Of a stretch of 64,000 nucleotides of DNA, positions 10,719 to 22,924 are shown in pieces. The stretch is taken from positions 1 to 64,000 of the forward strand of contig CAWGVG010000010.1 of NCBI GenBank assembly GCA_963825865.1, in the 5' to 3' direction. The stretch comes from an uncultured Nitrososphaeraceae archaeon. Lineage in GTDB: Archaea; Thermoproteota; Nitrososphaeria; Nitrososphaerales; Nitrososphaeraceae. The notes below the pieces were generated by a model. That model ran no database searches, was not told where the DNA came from, and was given only the letters and a program-made list of their open reading frames with translations. Numbering within the stretch: the first letter of the stretch is position 1; every line of letters starts with the position of its first letter. A program made the translations under genes and the position numbers.

Positions 10719-11352
10719 TTAATCCAACTCTGCCGATAATCTTTTAACCAAATATTCTATTGAAACTGGCTTTCTGATAAAACATCCTAAACTTACATTT
10801 GGATATACCTCTCTTAACGCTTCAATATTTACTTCCCATGCAGTTATAAAGCAAACCCTAACGTTAGCATCTAACTCTAATATCTTTTGACATAACTCAA
10901 AACCATTGATATCAGGCATGTTAATATCAATTAGCAATAGATCGTAAAAGTTTGGTTTGAATTCTGATAATGCTAGTAAAGGGTTATTGTATGTGTATAC
11001 TTGAAAACTTATTTTGCTGCTGTTGTTTATCGTCCTCATAACCTTCATAATACCTTTCTAAACCTAACTTGTAAGTAAAAGTAATATCGGTATCATCATC
11101 TACAATAAGGATTCTTTTGCAAAGTGGCTCTTTTGTTTTTATATTGGCAGTATTTGATTCTTGATCTTGCAAAGGAGTTGGAGGATAAGGATCAGAAATA
11201 GATTCAGAATCATAATGCTGTTGATGATTATTATTGTTATTATTATAATGAGAATGATAAAAATTGTCATTATCTAAAATGGGAGAATAATAATAATTCT
11301 TTCTATCTTGTGCGATGGTTGTGCACACCTTAGTTTTAGTCCTCATCCTCAA
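10719..11352 (-). CDS. Orphan response regulator receiver with a low-complexity N-terminal extension (indel near 11020)
   Basis: RILIVDDD, DLLLIDINMPDINGFEL, CFITA and FIRKP motifs. Confidence 0.85.
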
Positions 11353-11761
11353 TTATTTTCTATATTTTAATATTCTATACCAACATCTATCAACTTATAT
11401 AAAGTTATAGTGACACATCAGCAATAATAATTACATTTTCTTGTTATATTTTGAGGAAATCTACTTTAGATTATCGTGTCTATGGAGTAATCCTAAGAAT
11501 AATAAGGAAAGAGAAAATGGTAGTGGACAGAGAGGATGATGGATAAACAATAAAGCGTACATTTAATCAAATTATACCTTTTACAGGGACTGCACAACCA
11601 AATTTATACATCATTGAGTTGCAGAAACTAGCTCGGTGCATACAATTAGGTTGGTATCGTTGTACATTTTGTTGTAAAAACTCTTTATTATTACTGTAGA
11701 TCTTGTAATAAAGTTTATAAGCATTGTAAATTAATTGATAAAAGGAGAATGAACGTACCGT

Positions 11762-12043
11762 ATGTATTCAGTGAACGTCAACGTAAGACCATTACAGGAA
11801 TGTCAACACGAATTTGCGCTTTGTGAATCATGTTTTTGGTGTGCAACTCTTTTTAATAAATCAATAAAAGAACAAGAATATGTTGTTGAGAATAATAGTA
11901 ATAATACCTTTCAGATATGTCCAATGTGTAAGGACAAAAGCGTTTCTCTAATGCATTTAGCTAAAGATGAACGATATACACTATCAATTGGAGATAAACG
12001 TGGCCTTGAGATGAAATTCTCGAAACTCAAAGTTAGAAAATAG
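11762..12043 (+). CDS. Small zinc-finger protein of a Nitrososphaera-type family
   Basis: FALCESCFWCAT...CPMC...KRGLEMKFS. Confidence 0.7.
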   Translation: MYSVNVNVRPLQECQHEFALCESCFWCATLFNKSIKEQEYVVENNSNNTFQICPMCKDKSVSLMHLAKDERYTLSIGDKRGLEMKFSKLKVRK

Positions 12044-12157
12044 TTCGATAAAAATAACATCAATGGATTAGTTGCTATTTTTAGATTGGAGACACTAATA
12101 ATAATAAACGAACAAGATAAATTTAAATCAGCTATTGAAAGGCTTTATTATGGCTAT

Positions 12158-12325
12158 GTAGCTGCCACCGTGACTGACGAGCGAGACAGACGTGGAGACT
12201 CGGACGGACATGAATCGGACGAGGTGGGACACATCTACTCGGCCAACTATGAACACGATGCGATCCTGCGCCGACACTCAGATGTGGAGTAGAAGACGGC
12301 GACGCACGACCCACTCTCTGAGGCA
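12158..12325 (+). pseudogene. GC-rich relic of a bacterial major royal jelly / L-dopachrome tautomerase-related beta-propeller gene
   Basis: Translates as VAATVTDERDRRGDSDGHESDEVGHIYSANYEHDAILRRHSDVE*KTATHDP, resembling the SDGLESD..G.IY.TNYEHNAILRR..DG..ETV.HDP segment. There is a sharp GC step against both flanks. Confidence 0.6.
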
Positions 12326-12948
12326 GCCCATCCTATATACTAAATGATGCTATCTTACAACTCAATAAATAGTAAATTGATCCCTTAATAACCAATAGTT
12401 AAACATTCGAAATGAAGGAATAGTTCTGCCAGTATGTTAAAGAATCACCAAAGAAAGACCTTATTTGATGAAAACTGCGCAGCAGCTAATAAAGCAGGCA
12501 CACATCGATTAAAATAATCGTATATTTACTCATCAATAACACATTATTTATGCTAATAATATAATACAATCCCTGTAGGCTCAGCAAGATCCCTTACTTC
12601 TTATTCAGAAAGAGTTCCTACCATACGAGGTTTCTTTGTACTAGCAAGGATATTTCACAAGTCATACCCTACTATATATCCTGTTAGCACACAGATATGA
12701 TAATATGCCTTTCCACACTTATTAATATACTATAAAAGTTTTCTAGAATAAATATTTATATCAAGATACTGCAGATTCTAGATTATAGAATTTTGTTGAG
12801 ATTTTGAACTGAAAAAGTCGATTTTGATGCAACTGACGATGTGTCTGTTACTAACCCTAACTAGGTTCATTATTCATGATAACATAAATTGATGTTATCA
12901 GGGGTTGCGAAATCAGTTCAGTTGTGAGAAATATCTTTATATATTGTA

Positions 12949-13527
12949 TCATAACCTCTGTTTTCCCTTTAACTGATTAAATGCCTCAAAAATCTCAGGG
13001 AATCCTTTACCTGCGATTGATTTTACTTTTGGAAATACTTTAACAATTTTGCCAGTTTTATCAATTAGGAAGGTTATTCTATTAACGCCCATATATTCTC
13101 TACCCATGAAACTTTTTAGTGCATAAACTCCGTATTTTTTGGATATCTCATTCTGAGCATCAGATGCAAGCAGATAAGGAATTTTAATTTTTTCTCTGAA
13201 ACTTCTATGCGATTCCTCATTGTCTGGACTTACACCTATGATTTCAATGTTCGCATCATTGAACTTATTGTAATCCCTTGTAAATTCTGTTGCTTCTGCT
13301 GTGCAACCTGTAGTAAAGTCCTTTGGATAAAAGTAAACTACAACGTTCTTTTTACCACGAAAATCAGATAGCTTGATAGTATTACCTTCTAAATCTGATA
13401 AAGTAAAATCTGGTGCTATTACATTTTCTGTGAGTTGTTTGTTATTTACTTCTTGGTTCATATTCCTGTGATATGTACACTTAATAAAAAAACCTTTAGT
13501 ACTAAAAGAAATAAAATGCATGACCAT
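12949..13527 (-). CDS. bcp: Peroxiredoxin (BCP/PrxQ family)
   Basis: [28 protein letters not shown] and [12 protein letters not shown]; the real start is probably the ATG near 13461. Confidence 0.92.
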   Translation of the reverse strand: MVMHFISFSTKGFFIKCTYHRNMNQEVNNKQLTENVIAPDFTLSDLEGNTIKLSDFRGKKNVVVYFYPKDFTTGCTAEATEFTRDYNKFNDANIEIIGVSPDNEESHRSFREKIKIPYLLASDAQNEISKKYGVYALKSFMGREYMGVNRITFLIDKTGKIVKVFPKVKSIAGKGFPEIFEAFNQLKGKQRL

Positions 13528-14275
13528 GATTTTGAGTCTATTCTATTGTTTTGTTTTGCTATAAAGCAATTTTTGTGTCAATAAGATTCACTATCGATTT
13601 AAAAATTAACATATAGTATAATCTCTTTCTACAAATTTTAGGTTAAAGCATATAGAAGGATTAGAAATCAATTATGGATCATTGAGCATAGAATTTGATA
13701 AAGAAACTGAATATGTTAGTTTTGAATTAGCCTATGCAAAATGAGTGGTAAAAATCATATTCGCAAAATAACATCATATCATATCTGAATCAATATTTCA
13801 AACTGACATTGAAATTATATTTGAAGGATAATTCGAAAATTAACCCATACTAAAACTGGTCTCTATAACACTGTTGATAAATATAAGATAACGAAGTTTA
13901 ATCTATGTCATTTAGACAGTATATTGGGAATGCAAAATGAAGAACAAAATGTTATTCAATCTTTAACTTAACTAACCAAAGACAAAGGTATGGAAAATAA
14001 AATTAAAGTGGTCACAATGATGCAGTGTTTAACTCAAGAATCTGAAGCACAGGAATATCTAGAGTCGTATGAGAAACGAATGAACCAGCGTGTTAACTTT
14101 TATGGTAAAGAAATGACCAAAAAGCTTTTCTTGATATAATTTAATTGGTGATAGTAACGATGCAAACAGTGACAATAATACTGTAACATTTTTGTCAATT
14201 TGTAAATTGTGAAATAATCTATTTTAATTTTACATTTCGGTTTTTTAATCAACCCATAAATAAAGGCACTATTTA

Positions 14276-15373
14276 TTAATTCTTGAAAATTAAAATAAAT
14301 TCCTGTTTCATTTTGCCCATTGTCGATCTATGTCTACCCCTGACAATCTCTTTTAGAAATGCGAATCCAAGATCTACAGCCTCTTTTTTTATATATTTAT
14401 TCAGTTCCCAAGTCTTACCATTGTATATCGGATTTCCGATAACAATAGAGCAGTATTTTTCTCTACGTAAGACTAGCTTCATTTGTGCTAATGTTAACCG
14501 CATATCTCGAAAGAATCGTTCTGGCATATCAGTTCTAGTACGTTGTCCACCAATTAGTTTTTTTTCTAATAACGGTTGATTGAAACCTAACCACCATAAT
14601 GATAATTTTTGATATTCTGCATAAGGGACAGATGCCATGTATGGAGGATGAGTACATATAAAATCTATAGTTTGATCTTTTAAAATAGACCCTAAATCTC
14701 TAGTGTCATGATTGAGTATTTTTATATTAGAATTTGTGGCTGTCTGATTAAACTGCTTCATCCTTTCGATCATTATGGTAACTTCACGATAAAACTTTTC
14801 ATATACCGCATTTTTCAGTTTAACTTTAGTTTGCTTGCTTATCATTAGATTCCCGAAACCGTTAGCGGCATTGGAAACACTCCTAAGTATGGAAGAGAAC
14901 GCCACCATTAAAAAATTTTTATCATCGATTTGTTCAATAGGATCAATTCTAGATTTTATTATTAGTAATTCATGTATAACGCTTTCGTTAAACCACTTTG
15001 GAATATTTGGATGAAGTGTCCCAGTAAGTAAGTAATTATTATTACTATTGTCACGTAGATTAAGAATATCTTCCTTTATAGATATAGCTATCCTGCTAAT
15101 TCTTTCTAATTCAGGCTGCTTAATATTTGTAGTTTTTACTTTAGATATTAAACACGCTAAGGGATTGATATCTATCCCTATGGCATTCCTATCTAGAATT
15201 TTTGATTCGACTAAAGTCGTTCCACTACCCATAAAATTATCTAAAATAAGATCGTTTTTTCTAGATAGTTTTGATATTAGATAATAAGGGACCTGTGGAA
15301 TATATTTTGACGAATATGTATGATATCCATGTGTGAGATATCGAGTATTAGCGTTTTCTAATTCCCAATCCAA
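14276..15373 (-). CDS. Amino-type (N4C/N6A) DNA methyltransferase, with motif I before motif IV
   Basis: THGYHTYSSKYIPQ, LDNFMGSGTTLVE, GIDINPLA and CTHPPY. Confidence 0.85.
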   Translation of the reverse strand: MDWELENANTRYLTHGYHTYSSKYIPQVPYYLISKLSRKNDLILDNFMGSGTTLVESKILDRNAIGIDINPLACLISKVKTTNIKQPELERISRIAISIKEDILNLRDNSNNNYLLTGTLHPNIPKWFNESVIHELLIIKSRIDPIEQIDDKNFLMVAFSSILRSVSNAANGFGNLMISKQTKVKLKNAVYEKFYREVTIMIERMKQFNQTATNSNIKILNHDTRDLGSILKDQTIDFICTHPPYMASVPYAEYQKLSLWWLGFNQPLLEKKLIGGQRTRTDMPERFFRDMRLTLAQMKLVLRREKYCSIVIGNPIYNGKTWELNKYIKKEAVDLGFAFLKEIVRGRHRSTMGKMKQEFILIFKN

Positions 15374-16308
15374 ATTATTAATACACTTAATTATGGAATC
15401 ATTTTTTTGTGGTTGTATTATGCATTATTATAATAAGTATCATCTCTATATAACTTGGCTTTATCTTATCAACGGGAAAGAGAAATGAAGCACTCGTACT
15501 TCGCTACCTCTGAGAGACTACCTAACTCAACATGACTTTTTCGAAGACTATGTCCAAAATGAAGCCTAATATGTGCTCCGATACATTGCTTAATATAGTC
15601 CAGATATTGTAAGTTCTAATCCCTTTATACTTATCGCAATTCCACATTGTCCTCAGTTAGGTTTACTGTGTCTAGAATATTTGTTATGTAGATGTCGATG
15701 AAGCGGGAACAATGTGTTAATTTTTCCAATATGTGAATGGTAGTTACATGTGGTATATCTTGTATCTGTATCTTCTATTTCTCAATCCAAAAGTAATAAA
15801 GTAGTTAATTGAGACCGGGGCATAATTTGGTTTTGCCAATCTTCTTCACATTATTTTGAAAGGTTAGCTACCTAACATGTGTTTGATTGTTTCGGATGTT
15901 CTTTGTGAGTCTTACCATTGTAATAAACAATGATTTGAAAGAGTAGTACTGATAGCAGTACTATTCCTGCTGCCTTTCTGATATCCTCTTATTGGCAAAA
16001 GATCTATTTTGAAGACATCTTTGAGGTGTTATATCAAAGGTTCTACTGATATGCTTCTCCATGAGTAAATTACCTGTCATAATTTGGATTCATAGACATA
16101 CTTCCCTATCAAATATAGAATGCCAATTAAGATAGATTCTGATGTAATGTTATTTGTTGCAGTTGGCCTTTGTGACTGTTTGAAGGTTTGTCACCATAAA
16201 ACATCAGACACCCTGAGGCTAGCTTTATACCAAATCATCAATAGAAATTGGCAAAAATATAAACAGGGAATTATGCCCAAGTCTCAGTTAATTAGTTAAT
16301 TTACTCAT

Positions 16309-17133
16309 CTAGTCTGTGACAGGTTTTCTGATTTTAATTTCATACCTTGCATCTGAATCAAGAGTTCTATTATTCCACTCTACTTTATTTTTTATTATTT
16401 CAATATATTTTTGGTTAACCTCATAGATTATTGAATTTCGCTTTTTATCTCTTGCTACTTTCATAGTGGTTCCACTACCTCCAAAGGGATCAAGAACAGT
16501 ATCATTTTCGAAAGTATATAGTTTTATTAATCGTTCAGGTAGTGAATCTGGAAATGGTGCAGGATGCCCTTTTGTCAATGAAACTGGCATATTCCAAACA
16601 CTCCATGATACTTGTTTGATAAATTCCTCGGATAGTCTATTTTGGGGAGTAAGGTCTACTTGTAATTGACCTTCATTTTGGAAGATTAGTATATATTCAT
16701 GCATTATATTCAAATTAAAAAAACATGGATAAGGTTCTATTTTTAAAAATTTAGTTACGCCTCTCTGCCAGAGTCCCTGCGTACCTTTTGGTTTAACCCA
16801 GATTATTTCTTTCTTAAAGGTAAAATTAAGATCTTCCATCATCTTTATTATATCTGCATTTATTGCCATCATTCTATCATTTGATACAGCTGTTCCTATG
16901 TTGATAGAAGCGAATCTTCCCGGCTCCATTACTCTTTTGACTTCTTTAAGAACACTTTGAATTTGGTATAGATATTTTGAATATGCTTGTTTTGAACTTA
17001 ATCCATTATCTCCATACTTTTTAAGGTTCCAATAGGGGGGAGATGTAACAACAAACTGAATGGAACCAGATTCAACTTCTGGCATAAAAATTGAATCACC
17101 TATAATCAAAGTATGTTTAGTCAATCTAATCAT
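16309..17133 (-). CDS. Site-specific DNA methyltransferase, beta class (N4C/N6A)
   Basis: VTSPPYW, IIWVKP, HEYILIF, HPAPFP..LPERLIKLYT and VLDPFGGSGTT. Confidence 0.92.
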   Translation of the reverse strand: MIRLTKHTLIIGDSIFMPEVESGSIQFVVTSPPYWNLKKYGDNGLSSKQAYSKYLYQIQSVLKEVKRVMEPGRFASINIGTAVSNDRMMAINADIIKMMEDLNFTFKKEIIWVKPKGTQGLWQRGVTKFLKIEPYPCFFNLNIMHEYILIFQNEGQLQVDLTPQNRLSEEFIKQVSWSVWNMPVSLTKGHPAPFPDSLPERLIKLYTFENDTVLDPFGGSGTTMKVARDKKRNSIIYEVNQKYIEIIKNKVEWNNRTLDSDARYEIKIRKPVTD

Positions 17134-17320
17134 ATGTCAACCTCTCACAACTATAAAAATCCATTAAATGTTAATCAATTCTCGCTTTATCTTTGATTTA
17201 TTCGGCTTATTATAACAAAATCGACAAAACTGAATTAGAGGTAATAGAATTGATGTATCAAAAGTTGAATTTCAAAAATAAAGATTGCAGGAATCAGTTC
17301 ATCTTTTTAGATAAATATAA

Positions 17321-18768
17321 TTGGTAGCTCTTGATCAATTGAGGCTATTCATTATGATACATTCGTTGGTAATTGATGATTTACAAACCATAATTTCAAA
17401 AAGTAGGGGTACAAAATATGTTGAAGCCCGGTATCAGTCTAGAATTACAAATGAAGTAAATTTTAGTAATGGAGAACTTGAAATAATCCGCAGTGTTCTA
17501 AATTCTGGCTGTGGGTTTAGAGTTTTGGTTGAGGGATGCTGGGGTTTTAGCAGTACAAACGATCTTTCAAAGAAGGCGTTAAGAGACTCTCTTTCCGAAG
17601 CAATATCCGTAGCAAAAGTACTCGCTGAGACAAAAAAAAATAAGGTAGCGGGACTTGCAGCATATAAGATTGTTAGAGGTCTTTTTAAAACGAAAGCAAA
17701 AGGAGATCTTGCCAGCATTGACATTGAACAGAAAGTAAAAATTGCAAAAGAAGCAGAATCCCAGGCTAGAAAGTATACTCCATGACATAAAAGTTGCATC
17801 TTGTATTTATCATGAGATTTTAGACCATAAAATCATAGTTAATAGCGATGGCACCGAAGTAGAAATTTATGATTCTAAACCTGAATTTAATGTTATGTCA
17901 GTAGCCCGTACAGGGAGTGAAAGCGTAACAACATCGGAAGGAATCGGTATAACAGGGGGATGGGAAGATTTGTTCTTTAAAAGAGATCACCTTGGGTATG
18001 CTAATTTAGCATCAGAAAAAGCAATCAAGTTACTTGAAGCGAAGCATGTGTCTGGTGAAAGGACAACGATTGTTTTAGAGCCTGGGATGGTGGGTTTAAT
18101 ATCGCATGAGGCTATAGGTCACATGGTAGAAGCTGATTTCGTTCTGTCAGGCTCGATGGTAAAAGACAAGATCGGAACAAAAAGTCGCAAGCGAACTGGT
18201 TACTTTGATAGATAGCGGACAACAGAATATTGCTTCAAATGGAGCAGGAACGATCACAGTGGATGATGAAGGAGTCATAGCAGGCAGAACTGTTATTATT
18301 GAAGAAGGGTATACTAAAGTCTTTTTTACATAACCGTGAAACTGCATTAATGTTCGATGTTCCGAACCAACTGGCAATGCTCGTGCATTTGAGTATAATG
18401 ATGAACTGCTAATTCGAATGAGAAACACCTTCATTGAACCTGGACATGATAAATTTGATGATATTGTGAAGGAAACAAGACATGGCTATCTAATAAAAGG
18501 TCGCTAGAAATGGTCAGGCTGATGCGAATGGGGAATTTATGTTTGGATCTCAAGAAGCATATTTGATTGAAAATGGTGAACTAAAGGAACTGCTAAAGGT
18601 GCTAGTATTTCTGGTAGTGCTTTTGATGTATTGCAATCCGTGGACATGGTTGGAAAGGATTTCGATTATGACATAGGAACAGGATACTGTGGTAAATTTC
18701 AGCCAGCAAAAGTTGATGGTGGTGGACCACATCTCCGATGCAACGCGATTATCGGAGGTTTGCAGTAG
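17321..18768 (+). CDS. tldD: TldD metalloprotease subunit (several indels)
   Basis: GFRVLVEGCWGFSS, SHEAIGHMVEAD (HExxxH), DDEG, RMRNTFIEPG and GYCGKFQPAKVDGGGPH. Confidence 0.88.
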
Positions 18769-20108
18769 GAAAATTGGAAGAAATTTGCAGTTTTGCAGTA
18801 AGGGAAGCAGAAAAGAGAGGGGCTGAATATACAGAAGATATATGGAGCAGAAATAAGGAATCAGAAGTCTTTATTGAGAATAATGATCTAAAACAGTCAA
18901 AGTCTCATAAGAGTAGTGGATTGGGAATCAGAGTATTTGTAAATGGTTCGTTAGGTTTTTCATCGGTTAATATTCTAGAAAGGGAGCATATTCAGCGACG
19001 CAGTTACACAGGCTATTAAACTTGCCAGAGTGACCCATACAGATAAATTCAATTCGATGCCTGATAAAACGGAGATTAAATTGCTTAAATGGTATCTATG
19101 ATAGAAAGGCAGAATCTTTCAACACATCTGATGCAACTAAAAATGGCATCAGATATGTTAGTTGCGGCAAAATCTTTTGACGAGAGAGTAAGTGTAGATA
19201 GCGGTAATTTTACAAGTTCTGTAATGACTCATGCATTATTGAATTCCAATGGAATAAGAGTAAATGAGACAATCAGTTCTTTTTCTTGGTCATTATGGGT
19301 ATGGCAATTAATGGTAAAGAAATTTCTAACTTTGATTTTCAATTTGGTGCTACTCACCATGTTAAAGATATTGATGTATTGTCAACAGGCAGGGAATTTG
19401 CTAAGCAGTTGTAAATTCATTTGGATCAAGAAAAATCGAGAGTTTTAAGGGAGAAATGCTCCTAACTCCTTCAGCAGCAACTGAATTGATACAGGATGTA
19501 ATTTCATATTCGATTAATTCCCACATCAGTGCAAAAGGGAGCGAGTAAATTCGAAGGGAAAGATTGGAAAGTCCGTTTCTTCAGATTTACTAACCTTGAA
19601 GACGATGGTGTAAATATAAATGGTTTAGGATCTTCAAGTTTTGATAGGGAAGGTATACCTCATAGATACAATATAATAATCGAAAAAGGGATTTTGAAGA
19701 AATTTATCTACAATACCTATACTGCCAATAAAGAGAATACAGAAAGTACTGGCAATGCAGGAGGTTCCCCAAATACACCGCCTATGGTATCAACTACTAA
19801 TATTGTAATCAAATCAGGAAAATCAAAATTGGAGAATCTAATGTCCGAAATGGACAAAGGTATTATGATAAATAGATTTTCTGGAAATGTGAATCCTGTA
19901 AATGGGGATTTTTCAGGTGTGGTAAAAGGTGGACAATACATTAGAGAATGGAAATATTGAATATGCTGTAAAAGAGGTAATGGTAGCAGGCAATGTTTTT
20001 GATGCATTAAATGATCTTACAGGTATTTCAAAAGAACAGAAAGGTTCTTGCAGACTCCATTCTTCCTTATTTGCGGTTTGACAATATATCATTTCACTGC
20101 AGGATTAA
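18760..20108 (+). CDS. pmbA: TldE/PmbA family subunit (several indels)
   Basis: GLGIRVFVNGSLGFSS, SSSFDREG, STGNAGG, NPVNGDFSG and MVAGNVFD; follows tldD. Confidence 0.85.
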
Positions 20109-20110
20109 GT

Positions 20111-21325
20111 GTGTAGTACAACTGCAAAATATGATATTGCAGTTGTAGGTGGTGGTCCTGCAGGACTCTCTAGCTGCATATACAAGCCTCAAATCTTAGA
20201 AGCAAAGTAATTTTATTTGAAAAAGATGAATTCGATTGCCCATAATATCAGAACTAGTGGCGTAACATGGATAGAGGAAATTGAAAAATTTGGAATTTCT
20301 AAAGAACATTACAACCCTATAAACAATTATTATTTCATATCACCTTCTAACGAAGTTATTATCCGAGGAAATACTGCAAAATCATGTGTGTTGAATATTC
20401 GAAGCGACATATCAACTTCTTGCGTTCTTGGCAGCAGAGGCAGGTTCAGAAATTATGGTAAGGAGCAATGTTACTAATGTGGTAACAATTCCAAAAATCG
20501 AACGTTGGATTAAAAGTAAGCACTCCAAAAGGAGATATGGCAATAGATTGTAAATTATGATTGATGCAAGCGGCTTTCACTAGTTCTATTGCTCGAAGAT
20601 TGGGAATAGTTAATGAATGGAAACGATATGGAATCGGAGCCGAATACGAGTGCTATTGTGAAAATATAGATACTGAAACATGGATACTCATGGTAGGACG
20701 GCAGTATTCTGACGCTGGCTATGCATGGGTTTTTCCAGTATCAAAAAATAGGGTAAGAATTGGAGTTGGTATTGGTAGACCAGAATCTAATGCAGATCCA
20801 ATGCAAAAGTTAAATTCAATAATGGAAAAGAAATTGAAACCGTTAGACAAAATGGGTAAAATTCAGCCAATTGAGCTTCATTATGGCTTTATTCCAAATG
20901 AAGGTCTTCGAAGATCTACTGTTTCTGATGGATTGATCATTGGTTGGAGATTCAGCAGGCCAGACTAATCCTCTAGTATCTAGAAGGAATTAGATATGCC
21001 ATAGAATTCGGCAGACTGGCTGGCGAAATTGGAGCCAAGTCTCTTCCAAGGAATTCTGAGAAAGCATCTCTTTTAGATTACGAAAGAGTATGGAGAAAAA
21101 GGATAGAATCAAAAATCAATGCAGCGTCTAAGATTCAAGCCAGATGGATTGGACTTTCAGATGAGGAATGGGATAAAGAGATTGAGATACTTAGGGATAT
21201 GTCTCCAGAGGAGTTTTTGGATTTTATCAAAGCAGAGTTTACAGTTAGCAAGATGTTAAGACTTGCATTAAATCATCCAAAACTAGCTGGCTAGCCAATT
21301 GTTCAATATGATTTTGGAACGTTAA
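20111..21325 (+). CDS. Geranylgeranyl reductase-family FAD-dependent oxidoreductase (several indels)
   Basis: YDIAVVGGGPAG, IDASG, AGYAWVFP, RIGVG, GDSAGQTNPL and EGIRYAI. Confidence 0.85.
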
Positions 21326-21361
21326 AGCAAGATTTTTATATCTTTCATAAATCAGCAGGTT

Positions 21362-21744
21362 ATGCCTTGGCTGAGGGAGACCATTGCGCAATTCACTCCA
21401 ATTGTGTACATGTTCGGTTTTGGTATACTGGCTGGGTGTTCCGGCGTTAATTTTATCTAGATTGATTTCCCCACGACGACGATACAATCCAGTCAAATTT
21501 CTTCCAATGGAATGTGGCCAGATGCCCAACTGGTGAAGGCCGTTCTCACTTTATGATGCAATACTATGCTTACATTTTGATGTTTGTTGTATTTGATGTC
21601 ATGTCAATTTTCCTTTATAGTTGGGCAACATCTCTGTTTTCAATTCCGAGAAGTGCAACCCTTCCGATTATGGCATTCTTAGGAATAATGTTCTCCTGCT
21701 ATGGGTTACGCATTATATTTGCGGGGAAGAAAGGGATTTGGTAA
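21362..21744 (+). CDS. nuoA: NADH-quinone oxidoreductase subunit A
   Basis: PMECGQ.PTGEGRSHFMMQYYAYILMFVVFDV; indels present and start approximate. Confidence 0.85.
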
Positions 21745-21809
21745 GTAGTATCTTTCGCTAACAAGTATTAAATATCAAAACTGTGAACAAATAGATGAAA
21801 GGAAAGGCA

Positions 21810-22327
21810 ATGATCAAGGACCTTATTAATCCTACTAACTTCAATATCATGGTAAGCAAGTTAGGTGATGTACTCGTAAAGGCATTAGACAAGCCGTTGG
21901 GCTTATGCTATCAACTGGGGAAGAATCTGGTCATTATGGCCTGTACATCTTGAAACTGCATGCTGTAGTGTAGAATTTGGAGCAGCTTCAGGTCCTAGAT
22001 ATGATGTCGAAAGATTTGGAATTATCGAAGCATTCGGTTCATTAAGACAGTGCGACTTGATTGTTGTGCAGGGAACGGTTAACAGAAAAATGGCACCGAG
22101 ATTAAGAATGGTCTATGATCAGATGCCTGAACCAAAGTATGTAATTGCGATGGGCGCATGTGCAATTACTGGCGGTTTGTACGTTGACTCATACAACGTA
22201 CTTCCGGGAGTTGATGGAATTATACCCAGTAGATGTATATGTCCCAGGGTGTCCTCCTCGGCCTGAAACATTGATCCAAGGCACAATACTGCTACAAGAA
22301 AAGATCAAAAGGTCGAAGATCAAATAA
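21810..22327 (+). CDS. nuoB: NADH-quinone oxidoreductase subunit B
   Basis: [26 protein letters not shown] and [13 protein letters not shown]. Confidence 0.92.
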
Positions 22328-22329
22328 CA

Positions 22330-22906
22330 ATGGGTCAAGATCCAAAAAATAAACCAGCCGATTCAGCGATTTCAGAACCACCATCTCCATCAGCAAAACC
22401 TACCGCTCCAGCAATAAAGAAAGAACCTGAACCTCCAGCCTTTGAAAAGGGGCTTATTTCCGAGATAGTTTCCCAATTTGGAGAGGATAAAATCAAGGTT
22501 GCTTACATTCGACCTCTACGTATGAAAATTAATGTGGATCCAGCGATGATAATTGAAGTTGCAACTTTTATTCGTAATAATTTGGGCTTTGATCATGTCG
22601 AATCTGTTGCAGGCACTGATTATCCAAAGGATAATCAAATTGAAGTTATTTATAGTCTAGGCTCGTATTCACGGGATGATTTAGGCAGCACATATTCTTG
22701 CTCTGACAACACGAACCTATCGCGATGATGCACGATTACCAACATTAATTAATGTATACAAAAGTGTGGAATACCATGAGAGGGAAACTTTTGAGATGCT
22801 TGGAGTGTACTTTGAAGGTCATCCAAGAAACGACCGGTTATTGTTACCAGAAGATTGGGCCGATATTCCGCCGTTAAGAAAGGAATTTAGAATCAAGGGA
22901 AGATAA
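22330..22906 (+). CDS. nuoC: NADH-quinone oxidoreductase subunit C
   Basis: SVAGTDYP, ERETFEMLGVYFEGHP, LLPEDW and PPLRKEF. Confidence 0.9.
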
Positions 22907-22924
22907 TGAAGGTGAAATAATAAA

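Noticed and set aside
15470-16300. Possible transposase or endonuclease relic between the methyltransferases (IPHVTTIH-like peptide on the minus strand)
   Set aside because: The match is only a few residues and the frames are full of stops; it cannot be assigned by eye.
17321-20108. tldD/pmbA as part of a RiPP (microcin-like) cluster
   Set aside because: No precursor, YcaO or transporter gene is adjacent; the context is housekeeping.
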